64,000 nucleotides of DNA from Azolla caroliniana (Eukaryota; Plantae; Polypodiophyta). Location: positions 15,624,001-15,688,000 of the forward strand of contig JBHGNT010000005.1 of NCBI GenBank assembly GCA_043228905.1. Direction: 5' to 3'. The translations under genes and the position numbers were made by a program. Shown piece by piece: positions 11,977 through 23,159 of this stretch. Within the stretch, counting starts at the first letter, position 1, and each line of letters opens with the position of its first letter. The notes under the pieces were generated by a model. It did not search any database. It was given only the letters and a program-made list of their open reading frames with translations, and had not been told where the DNA came from.

Positions 11977-14900
11977 AGCGGATTATTGAAGCATGGGGCA
12001 CAAATAGTCCGAGCAATCACAAGTCCCCACAAGAAAATAGAGCACGTGGATTGCGAGGAGAAGCAACATGTGTCACACCTAATGGCACATGTAAACTAGT
12101 ACTACCCGACAAGAAGGACAAGCATCGGATACAAGATTTCGAGAAGATGTTGAAAGAAGAAAACTTAATAGAAGAAGAAGAGTTCCTGACTCATATGATG
12201 GAAGAAGCCTCATTTAACGACACCATCGGCGAAATCAAGGACGTCGTGGACTTGAGCTATCTTCACGACCAATGCGTGATTTTGGTTAACTCCGTCAACA
12301 TGTACACCATCATCGATGAATACTATCGTGACATCTTGATGGAGGAAGCTGAAGTCAACACAAAATATAAAACGTTGGATAAGAAGATCAAGCCAGTTGC
12401 GGTTCCGCTACCGGAAGATAGCTGGCAAAAGATGAAGGAAGTTGCTAATGATCCAAGCTTAAGAGATCCGAAGACGATAGGTTATATCTTCACCGAAGAG
12501 ACGAAGGGAAAGTTACGAGTTGGAAGGGAGGATTTCCTCCTCCCTGAAGAAGAGCGAATGTTTCTCGACATGCTTGAGAGACATGGGATGGCTTTCGCAT
12601 TTTTCCCACAAGAAATCGCATGTGTTGATCCAAGGACGATAGAGCCAATGGTGATCTTCACGGTGTCGCACGTACCTTGGAATTTGAAACCGATATTGGT
12701 TCCGAGAGCACGCCTACCGAAGCTGATTGAGCTCTTAAAGGAGAAGGTGAATATGTTGATCCAAGGACGATAGAGCCAATGGTGATCTTCACGGTGTCGC
12801 ACGTACCTTGGAATTTGAAACCGATATTGGTTCCGAGAGCACGCCTACCGAAGCTGATTGAGCTCTTAAAGGAGAAGGTGAATATGTTGATCCAAGGACG
12901 ATAGAGCCAATGGTGATCTTCACGGTGTCGCACGTACCTTGGAATTTGAAACCGATATTGGTTCCGAGAGCACGCCTACCGAAGCTGATTGAGCTCTTAA
13001 AGGAGAAGGTGAATATGTTGATCCAAGGACGATAGAGCCAATGGTGATCTTCACGATGTCGCACGTACCTTGGAATTTGAAACCGATATTGGTTCCGAGA
13101 GCACGCCTACCGAAGCTGATTGAGCTCTTAAAGGAGAAGGTGAATATGGGAATTCTGGAACCGTCGAATGCTCCTTACTCTAATAGGTGGTTCACGGTGC
13201 CGAAGAAGAATGGATCATTGCGATTCATCCAAGATCTTCAACCCGTCAACAAGGTGACAATTCGAAATGCCGGAATCGGTCCGAGCGTGGACGAATTAGT
13301 TGGGGCGTTTGCGGGCCGGTCCATCTACTCCATTGGTGATCTCTACTCCGAATATGACCAATTCCAATTGGTGATCAACAATCGTGACATTACAACCATG
13401 AGGACTCCGATCAAGCTTGTGCGGATGTGTACCTTACCTCAAGGCACAAGGAACTCGGTGGCTCATATGGTGAATGCCATGAACAAAGTCTTGAAGGATT
13501 ATATCTCGGACATCACGATGCCATTCTTCGATGATATTCCGATAAAAGGATGTTCGGATGAGGAGAAAGATGAATCAAAAGATAAGGAAGGATGTAGAAT
13601 GTTCTTCGCGGATCATATGAAAGATTGCGAGAAGGTGCTTCAAAGGCTCGAACATTTTCGGGAGAAAAATCTGCATTCGGGCAACCGGAGATCTTGGTGG
13701 TAGGTCATTTGTGTGGAGCATACGGCTAGAAGCCTTCGCCATCCAAGGTGAACGCGATCCAGGACATGAAAGAAGAATGCATGAACCAAATGGAGGTTCG
13801 AAGGTTCCTTTGAGCATGCACATTTGACCATATTTGGATTTCGCACTACGCCCATGTTGCCGAGCCTTTATATGGGTTGCTAAAGAAAAGAATGAAGTTC
13901 GAATGCTGAGACGAGCACATGAACGCGATGCGAAAATTGAAGAAACTACTTCTTGAAGCTCCAACACTAAGAACAGCCGACTATACCGAAGGAAAGCCGA
14001 TTTATGTGACTGTAGATACAAGCCCAACCGGAATCAGGTGGGTCATCAACCAAGAAGGAGAAGATAATGAGCGGTATGCCATCCAGTTTGGAGCAAAGGT
14101 TCTCAGCGAACAACAACAAAGATATGCCCAAGTCAAGCGAGAATTTTGGGGTATTGTGTCGGCAGTGAAGACGGACAAAGACTACCTAATTGGGTCGGAA
14201 GTAATAATTGAGATAGATTGTCTCCCAATCCTCGGGATGATCTCAGGATGTGCGACACCAGATCTAGCTATGCTAAGGTGGATCGCCTATATCAAGTCTT
14301 TAAACCCAGAGATCCGCCATCTTGCAGGGAAGAAAAACGCCATGGCTGACATGTTGTCGAGGGCAAGATTTGAGAATGAAGGTGACATGGTTTCAGAAGA
14401 TAAAGACGTCACCCTCGACTTCTTCAAGATGGCTCCACTATCGGCGGAAGACAAGGGCACGCTAACCCTCCACGCCTTCAACGAGGACGAGTACGAAGGG
14501 GAGTGGTTACTAATTGGTAGATTCCTAAGAACGATGACGACGGATGCTTCGTTGACGAAGGAGGCCCTATAAATCTGGAAGAAAGCCTGCCAATACTTCT
14601 TGAAGGGAGGATTCCTTTGGCGACACCCAAAAAGAAGGACATGAATACCACGTCGAGTGGTGGTGAAGAAAGAAGAACAAGTGACGCTAATGACCGAATT
14701 CCACGAGAGTGCCTGGGCAGATCATAGAGGAACATGGGCGACGTTCGAGAAGATGAAGGAGAAGTATTTGTGGCCAAGCATGTACAAAGATGTACTTCAT
14801 TTCGTGTTCACTTGCGAAACATGTCAAGTACATTCGAATATACGTCATCGTGATGAGCTATGACCGACATACCCGCTCACCATACACTTCTAATGGATGG

Positions 14901-15838
14901 TGGATCTGGTCTCAATACCAATGGGAGTGGGACAAATGAAGTACTTAGCTCTAGCAAGAGAAGACTTGACAAATCAAGTGGAAGGACGAGCCTTGACAAA
15001 TAAAACGACGTCGGTTGTTTGCAAATTTCTACTCGAAGAAGTTGTCTATCAATACGGATGTGTGGGAAAGATAGTTGTCGACTGAGGGGAGTTGGATGCA
15101 CATGAAGCAACGGAGCTCTTCGAACAACTAGGCGTGAAGCTCTCCCTCATGACTGCCTACAATCCAGAAGCGAATGGGAAGATCGAGTGAGGGCATGGAC
15201 CTATCGTTAAAGCCATCGTATGGGCATGCAACAGTCGAGTAGGGAATTGACTACGACTATTGCCCTATGCCTTGTGGGCCAATAGAACGAAACACAACTC
15301 AGTGATGGGGTATATGCCAACGGACCTTATGTATGGACAAAAGCCGGTAATGCCCATCGAAAGGACGATTGCCTCATGGGTAGCGATACCACGGGAGAAC
15401 GAGATGAGCCGAGAAGAGTTATTAGCAACAAGGATAAGGCAACTTGAAAGGAGACCTAAAGATCTAGAAAAAAAGCGAAAGATGTTGGAGGCAGCCTGAG
15501 TGAATAACAAAATTCGATTCGACAAGACGCATCGACTACGTCCCAAGAAGATCAAAGAAGGAGATTGTGTATTGGTCTACGACAACAGCCTTGACAATCA
15601 ACACAGTACAACAAGGAAGTTCGAAAGAAGATGGTTCAGACTGTATATAGTGATGAGTGCCAACGAAAATGCAACATACCACCTTGCGGAGCTAGATGAA
15701 TCAAGGCTCGCCATACCCATTGCGGGGAAAAGAGTAAAGATTTTCAAGAAAAGACAAGACGAGGATCCTGACCTGGATCACCTCGCCGATGAAGGTAATA
15801 GGGCGGATGTGAATGAAGATGTGGAAGAATCTGATTAA
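11967..15838 (+). pseudogene. Pol of element C, disrupted
   Basis: RT (PFFDD), RNase H (VTVDTSP) and integrase (H-x6-H...CETC, MVD) fragments. Confidence 0.9.
12623..13146 (+). repeat. 4 x 131-bp tandem duplication inside pol of C
   Basis: Unit TGTTGATCCAAGG...AAGGTGAATA starts at 12623, 12754, 12885 and 13016. Confidence 0.95.
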
Positions 15839-16968
15839 TCACCGTCGTCGAAATCTTGCACTCTCTCTCCTTGGCACGTACCGGAGGACGTGCGGTTTGG
15901 TGGGGGTGGATGTCATGAAGATTTTTAGCGATAGTGTGAAACTTGTAAGGAACATACAAAATCGAGCGTGGTTCTTCTAACGAAATATAAAACAATAATA
16001 GTAAAGATACTATTTTAAATAAGTTTAATATCTTGGTACAAAAAGATGGAGGTCTTGAAGAGCTTCTGAATGTACTTTACTACGTAGGAAACGGACATCT
16101 AAGTGTTAAGTTATGTGGGTATAAAGTTTACAAAGAAGAAGAGAAAAATATGTGATATCCCACATAAAAAGGACAAATAAGGAACCCACCATATATAAAG
16201 CAAAGCAAAAGCTATTGTCTTTGTGTATATATGTGGAGCATAGAAAAGGTTAAGTTGTATGACTTAATGAATGGATGTAGCCAAATGCATATAACTATGT
16301 GTTTTGGATGAAGACGGTTACCAACGACGGCGACTGACGGTGTCCGACATCACCCGACGACTGCGACCGACGGAGCCGACGATCGGACGGAGGAATGCCT
16401 TGTAAAAATACATTAATAATAAAAAACATATATATATATATATATATTCAAAAGGAGTGCAAGTGAAGACTTGATCCTTGCACCTTCACATTGAGAGTCT
16501 ATAGACTTACCACTAGGCTATGTCATCTCTTTAAAAATCTTTTCCCTATCATTATTATAAATTCTCATATTAGAGCTTAATTGAGGGAGATGTGATGCAT
16601 GAGTGCCAAATGGCAAACACGCATCACATGCATGTTTCGTACCCTCACATGCATCATATGCATGTGTGTGTCTATAAAAGGATGGATGAAAAGGATCAAA
16701 GGGAGGTTATGTTTTGATTCAACAATTTAAGAAGAAGAAAAATTCGTTCTCCAATTGATGATATATCTTGTCTCTCGAATCTAAAGTTAATAATTCGATC
16801 TTATCTCTCTCACTCTCTATCTCTCTCTCGCCATCTCAATCTCTCTCCCTCAAACTATCTTAAATCCTTTCTCGGTAAAGCTAGTGGGTGCTTCAAGTCC
16901 TTCTGGTCCAAAACCCCGGCGGTTCTGCCTCACGATCCGCACATAGAGACGGATCTTCACGACAATGT

Positions 16969-18096
16969 ATGGTTTCATCAATGTGCTACCTCGAGTATGA
17001 GAAGACATTTTTGGATATATGGTCCACTTGGATTCGACTTGTTGGAGGTGTTGAAGATGTATACTTCAAGATGCAAAGATTCAAAGCAGGGCTAGATCCA
17101 TATTTTCAATATGAAGTGCATATGAAGTATCCAAGGTCTTTCCATGATTTGCTTCGAGTATGTCAAAGTTATGATCAACAATTGAAGAAGCTGATATTCG
17201 GTGAAGCATATGGAGTATCGATGTCATATACTATAAATCCAAGCTATGATAATTGTGGATCAGTCATGAGCCAACAACAAGCATACTTGCAATGTCTGAT
17301 TCAACAGGTTCCCTCATATCATTATTCTAATTTTTGGAGTTATGATTATGTCTATGAAGGTGATTCCAAAGACAAAGAAGAAGAGGTGATGAATGTGGAA
17401 TTCCCCCATCTAGTTCATGAGGACAACCATGATACAAAGAATGATGATGTGAAAGACGAATCCAAGGAGATTGTTATGAGAAGCGATGCTATGGATGGTG
17501 ATGCCAATGTACATCATGTTGAGGACATTATTGATACAACAAGCGATATGGTGATTGATGATGAATATGTGCAAGATGAAATGGAAGATATGACAGAAAA
17601 CGTTGTTGATGGTGAAGTACCCACAACAGAATTGCAAGATAAAGAAGGTAACATGGAAGTGATAGCTGGAGATTGTCTTTTTGAGATCAATGCGTGTAAG
17701 GAAGCATTGGTAAGTGCCAAGTTGCAGTGTATGAAGGTGTTTGTGCAAGATTTGTGTTTTGGATTTGCATTGAGTAGCAACAAAGTTATGTGGACATCGA
17801 CTCTTCAACAACAATTTGATCAAGAGCCAAGAGAATTACTTGTAATGCATGATTGGAGTATCATGAACTTATCACCATCAAAGGATCCACAACAACTAAT
17901 CAAATGTATAAAGGAGAAGGAATCATCTATCGACAATGGCAAGCAAGAAGAGGAAAGCATAAAAATTGATGAATCTTCATGGGATAGGGAAAACAAATCA
18001 TTCCACATGGTGTCTAACAAGGAAGAAGAACTCATTCAAGAGAAAAGTATTATGACTTTGGGGGAAAAAGAAAAGATGATTTCCAAAAATATTTGA
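16969..18096 (+). CDS. Gag-like ORF of element B with acidic extension (N-terminus 8507-8566, split by element C)
   Basis: MARYG...LFQLR|MVSSMCYLEYEKTF...RFKAGLDPYFQYEV resembles retrotransposon Gag. The frame rejoins after removing C and its 4-bp TSD. Confidence 0.65.
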   Translation: MVSSMCYLEYEKTFLDIWSTWIRLVGGVEDVYFKMQRFKAGLDPYFQYEVHMKYPRSFHDLLRVCQSYDQQLKKLIFGEAYGVSMSYTINPSYDNCGSVMSQQQAYLQCLIQQVPSYHYSNFWSYDYVYEGDSKDKEEEVMNVEFPHLVHEDNHDTKNDDVKDESKEIVMRSDAMDGDANVHHVEDIIDTTSDMVIDDEYVQDEMEDMTENVVDGEVPTTELQDKEGNMEVIAGDCLFEINACKEALVSAKLQCMKVFVQDLCFGFALSSNKVMWTSTLQQQFDQEPRELLVMHDWSIMNLSPSKDPQQLIKCIKEKESSIDNGKQEEESIKIDESSWDRENKSFHMVSNKEEELIQEKSIMTLGEKEKMISKNI

Positions 18097-18839
18097 GGAG
18101 AGCATCAAAGGTTTATTTCTCTTATTTCTAAGTTTCCAAAGTTATTCATAATTGACTATTCACAGATAAGAGGAGAAGACATCAAGCACCACATCAAGTT
18201 GGAAGATTTGAAGTTTGTCTCACCTATTGTTGTGGTTCCAAAGAAGAATGACATCAACTTCAAACCCTTGATTGATTCAACCAAACGAGATCAATTTTTG
18301 CTTCCTTTTCGAGATGAGATTCTAGATGAAATGGTCATACATACAAAACAAGGTAGTGTGGAGAATTTCGTGTGCTAAGAAGGAATTTATATGGATAAAT
18401 CAAAGATCGAAGAAATTCAAAAGGTGACAATTCCAACAAGTCTCAAAGCTTTGAAGGTGTTTGTGCAAAAAGTTTGATCGCTTGAAAGATTTATTCATAT
18501 GTTGACATGCTTACTTCTATCAAGCATTATGTATCCGATGGTCCACCTAGTATTTGGAGAGTTGAGGAAGATATAATAATTGTTGTAACCTCTTTCTTTG
18601 TGTTGACAAGGAGAAAGATGGTGGTGGCTATTGTCAATGTGTGTGTGTGTATGTGTCTAGGAATGTGAGGTTTTTCCTACTGACTAACAGGGCTTTTACT
18701 CACATAATTTGTTTATTTTTATTTATTCTCTCCTTCTTTGTCTATAGCCATGAATAAGGCGAAGGAGAATTTTTTGGTTTTATTAGTAGCTTAGGGTTCA
18801 CCATAAATGGTTCACCAAAAAGCAAGGAGGGGGGTTAAA

Positions 18840-19568
18840 TGTGAAGTCAATTTTTGCTCATAGGAAAAGACCGTGACAAATACATTGGATGCGAAGATAT
18901 AGAAAAATAAAGAACAATATGAAAGGTCCAAGAGTTAAAAGATAAATGTAATTGAAGAGAAATAAAGTTAGAGGCGTTTTTCAAAAGTAGAAAAAGCAGA
19001 AAAAAAGAAAAAGAAAAAAAACGCAGGAAATTAAGCAGAAAAAGCAAGGTAGAGAAAAAAGCTCATAACTTCTTCATCTCTTATCCAAATTTCAAAAGAA
19101 AAGATTCATAAGAAAGCTGACAAAGAGAGCTGTCTTGTATGAAAAATTTGGATGAAAAACCAGAAATAATTATATGAAAAACGCACCACACAAACTCGAG
19201 GATATGTAAAAGAAAAGAAAAGAAAAGACGCAAGAATAACGCAACTAAAAACCTATAAATATGAGGTATTCGTAGCAATATGGGGGATAGATGAAGAATA
19301 GAATATCTACAAGGAAGGATAGAAGATCTACAAGAAGAAGTGAAGAAGAAGAAGAGAGGAAGAAGAAGAAGATTAGAAGAAGTGGGAAGAAGATTAGTAG
19401 AAGAAAGAGAGAAGGCAAAAAGACTATTTTAGTAATAGTATATTGAAGTAGTTATTTGGGGTTGTTCCTCTTGGTATCTAAGAGGATTGCATTCTTTTCT
19501 TAATAGTATATTGAATTATTCTTTTTTCTTCCTCTTCTCTTCTCTATCTTTTTTCTCTCTCTTCATCA
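18840..19568 (+). repeat. 3' LTR of element B
   Basis: Direct repeat of 7682-8410, preceded by a PPT and followed by the TSD. Confidence 0.95.
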
Positions 19569-19699
19569 CTTAGCAACATCCAATTAGCAAAGAACCCCAT
19601 CTTCCACACTCAGAAAAAGCACATCGAGGTGCACTATCACTTCGTCTGCGAACGAATCTAACACCCTAACTCAGTACAAGCTGGCAATATTCGGCCCGA

Positions 19700-22600
19700 C
19701 ACTAACTCAGTACAAGTTGGAAATTTGCAACACTGCGCTATTATTGGAATTGACACTATAGAACTTAATCTCCCAGGTGGTTCTAGATTAGTACTACACA
19801 ATGTCTGACATGTACCTGAGCTCTCAAGACCATTGATCTCAGTCGGACAACTTGAGGAAGATGGCATCCATGCTAGCTTCTCATTAGGAGGTTGGACTCT
19901 CCATAGGGGGAACCTCCTGCTTGCTCGATGTCTAAAAGAACATTCTTTGTACCCGCTATATGTCACACTCAAAGAGGGTGACTTGTTCCTGGTTGATATT
20001 CTCATGTCATCACTATGGCATGGACAACTCAAACACCTTAGCAAGGCCAACATAACACATTTATCTAGAGCTGTATACGTCCCCAAACTCTCCTTCTCAG
20101 ATCACTAGTTCTGCGAGCATTGTCAGTATGGCAAGCAAGTTGCGGCCTCACACCCGAAGGCATCACCAAGAGAATTAAATCCACTTGATTTAGTCCATTC
20201 GAACGTTTGTGGCCCTATGCCACATCAGTCTCTCGACAATGCCTTGTACTTCGTTAGTTTTATCGATAACTCGACTCGAAAGGTGTGGGTCAATATGATC
20301 AAAACCAAAGATCGCGTGTTCTCGATCTTCTAAGAATGACTTGCCAAGGTAAGAACCAATCCGGTTGAAATCTGAAATGCTTTTGAACTGACAATAAGGG
20401 ACAATTCAAGTCTGAAGAATTCATCAAATTTTGCTGACAACGTGATATTTGACATGAATATATGGCACCCTATAGTCCGGAGTAGAATGGAATTGCCGAA
20501 CACATGAATCAAACAATTCAAGAACAAATAGTATCCATGCTCCCACACTCCAAACTATCGAATGGCTTCTGGGCAGAGGCCCTACTTACGGTAGTACACA
20601 TATTAACATGTCGCCAAGTAGGCCTCTAAAACTTCAAGTACCTCAGGAATTGTGGATCGACAAGAAGCCGAATTACGACAAGTTGAGGATTTTCGGATGC
20701 GAGGCATATGCCCTCATACCGAAAGACGACTGCCGCAAATTAGAACCGGGGTCTAGGAAATGTATTTTCCTTGGCTATGGACCAGATGGAGAGATCAGAT
20801 ACCAACTTTGGGACCCCGAGCACAGACAGATCTTCCGGATTTTGGAAGTCATGTTCAATGAGTCCGCTATGCACAAGACGGCCGAAAGGCCCATTGAAGT
20901 AAGGTTAATCTTTTTAGATGTGCCGACCCTTCACGAAGGCCGACCCCATAACACGAGGTCAGCTTCACGGGTAGCTAAATACTCTCGCACTGACTCGAAA
21001 ACGCTTGACTCGACACATCTGAATGATTCAGCTTTGGATCATCTGACCCCGACACCTGATGCGACTAGTCCAGCCATACCTCGAAAATCTGAGAGATTGT
21101 CACAACCCCCAAAGAGGTACTCTCATGGAGTCTTCTTAATGGACACCATCAAACTGACGTCATACGAAGAAGCATTGGCATCAACAGATTCGACCACATG
21201 GCATCTGGTGATGGAGTCAAAAACAAACTCGATTCGGGCAAACAAGACTTGGGACTTGGTCTAACTACCAGAAAATCAATGTGCTTTTCCATGCAACTGG
21301 GCCTACAGATTAAAAGAGACGTTTGATTTGGCCACCCCAAAATTCAAGGCCAAATTTGTAGCAAAGGGTTTCCGACAAGAATATGGCGTCGATTTTGACG
21401 AGATCTTTTCCCCAGTGGTAAAAATGACAACCCTTCACTTCATGCTCGACGTTGTGGTAGCTGAGGACCTAGAGTTGATCCAACTAGATGTAAAAACGAC
21501 ATTCCTCCATGGTGACTTAGAGGAGGAAATTTATATGGAGCGGCCGAAAGGCTTTCTGGCATCCGGCCAAGAACATCTAGTCTGCCAAATCAAGAAGAAT
21601 CTATACGGCCTAAAGCAGGCACCGAGACTGTGGTATAAGAAGTTTGACGATTTCATCCAATCGGTCCACTTCTTAAAGAGCAATGAGGACCACTGCCTCT
21701 TCACCAAAACAACTCAAGATGGGTCACCCATCTTCCTCATCATCTATGTGGACAACATGCTACTCTCCAATCGACATGCTGGAGAGCTCGCCAAACTTGT
21801 TTGGCAAATGCGGTCGAAGTTTGTCATGAAGGATCTCGGTCCAGCAAGACACATTCTCGGATGAAGATAAGTTGGAATCAAAATCAACAATAGATGTTTC
21901 TGTCTCAAGCCGACTACATCAAACATGTCTTAGATTGCTTCAACATATAATCGGCCAAATTTGCTTCGACCCCGCTCCCCATTAATCTTCGGCTATCTCA
22001 GCGAGATTTCCGGACATCCGGTCAAGAGGGGGAAGATATGAAGTCGGTACAGTATGCACTGACAGTCGGCTCCTTGATGTATGCAATGGTCGTGACACAG
22101 CCTGATATTGCTCATGCCATTGGAGTCGTCCGTAGATTTATGCACAATCTCGACTGATCACATTGGAACACAATTAAAAAAGTGTTCAGATACCTTGTGG
22201 ACACAAAAGACTATGGCATCTTATTCAGCCCGAATGATACATAAGGCGTAGTCGGTTATACCGACTTAGACTTTGCCGGTTGTGTGGACAATAGAAAGTC
22301 AACCACCGAATATTGCTTCAAATTTGGCAATGGAGCAATCTCATGGAAATCAAAACTTCAGGAGTGCACTACCACATCAACAACCGAGGCCGAATATGTA
22401 GCCACCTCCGATACGGCGAAAGAGGCTTTATGGCTCGGTTGGCTAGCGCACAAGTTTCGACAAGTCGACTCCGACTCGGCTCTAGTTTTCTACAACGACA
22501 ATCAGGGTGCTTTCGCTCTATCTAAAAATCCAGTTCATCACAACGCCTCCAAGCATATTGATGTTCAATATCACTTTGTTCAGGACTATGTCATTTCAGG

Positions 22601-23159
22601 GAAAATCGGCCTCGAGAACATACCTAGAGTTGATAATGTTGCAGATGGGATGACCAAGTGTCTTTCAGAGGATCGATTCCGATCCCTTTGGCACTAGATG
22701 GGCATAGAGAAAAATCAGTCTGATTGAGTCGGACATTTTCGAGGAGCCGAATCAGAGGGCACGACCCCGATGTGAACCGGTAGGCCATTGGAGGTCTACA
22801 CTCCTAGACTACTAGGTAGTTATGATCCTAGGAGTTAGTGTAAGTAGCTCGATACAAGCATTGAAGTACATGTCAGTACTTCTATTAGTCCTTTTAAGGA
22901 CTTGTATAAAAGTGCTCACTAAGCACATTGTATGTACTAAGCATTCATTATTTTGAATTGAGCTTTTGTTGTCTGATCTCTCTCTGTGAAATGTAATATT
23001 TTTGGTCTCATAGATCATATTTGACCTCCGAAGAAGATAATATAATCCATCTATCTATCTCTCACACACACACTCTGTGTATTCCATTCTCTGTGTTTTT
23101 TGTTGTTATCCGGTTGAGCCGGTTGAGGTCTGTTTAGCTTCCGCATTATTTCTTTTACA
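19700..23159 (+). mobile_element. Ty1/Copia remnant E (pre-integrase region, integrase, RT, RNaseH, probable 3' LTR)
   Basis: LISVGQLEEDG, LWHGQLKH, KCIFLGY, QLDVKTTFLHG, YGLKQAPR, IIYVDNML, KHIDVQYHFV; LTR-like end TTCCGCA...TTACA. Boundaries approximate. Confidence 0.85.
22986..23060 (+). mobile_element. 5'-truncated 3' end of the RTEX-like LINE family
   Basis: Matches the 3'UTR at 55311-55388 and carries a (CTAT)n tail. Confidence 0.85.

Larger units (their letters stand above)
8567..16964 (+). mobile_element. Ty3/Gypsy element C (same lineage as A and D), decayed
   Basis: LTRs 8567-9705 and 15911-16964; PBS TGGTGAACCTGACGTGA at 9714-9730; gag-PR 9778-11976; pol 11967-15838 with many stops; PPT-like GGTGGGGGTGGA. 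Confidence 0.95.
7682..19568 (+). mobile_element. Non-autonomous Gypsy-derived LTR element B (about 3.5 kb once nested element C is removed)
   Basis: LTR pair TGTGAAG...CTTCATCA; 5-bp TSD CTTAG (7677-7681 and 19569-19573); PBS at 8414; PPT AAGGAGGGGGG before 18840; gag-like ORF plus shattered RT remnants (SPIVVVPKK, LLPFRDEILDE). Confidence 0.9.
6331..19660 (+). mobile_element. Ty1/Copia remnant (RT-RNaseH; 6331-7681 and 19574-19660), interrupted by element B
   Basis: ENETWDLV, HQMDVKNTF, LKKSLYGLKQAPRAW, MYCDNLS|NIQLAKNPIFH...KHIEVHYHF. The frame rejoins across the CTTAG TSD. Confidence 0.9.

Noticed and set aside
12623-13146. Regularly spaced repeats as a CRISPR-like array
   Set aside because: The units are contiguous copies of pol sequence with no unique spacers, and the context is eukaryotic.
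16888-16968. Predicted N-terminus of the 402-aa ORF
   Set aside because: It derives from the LTR of element C; the true N-terminus is at 8507-8566.
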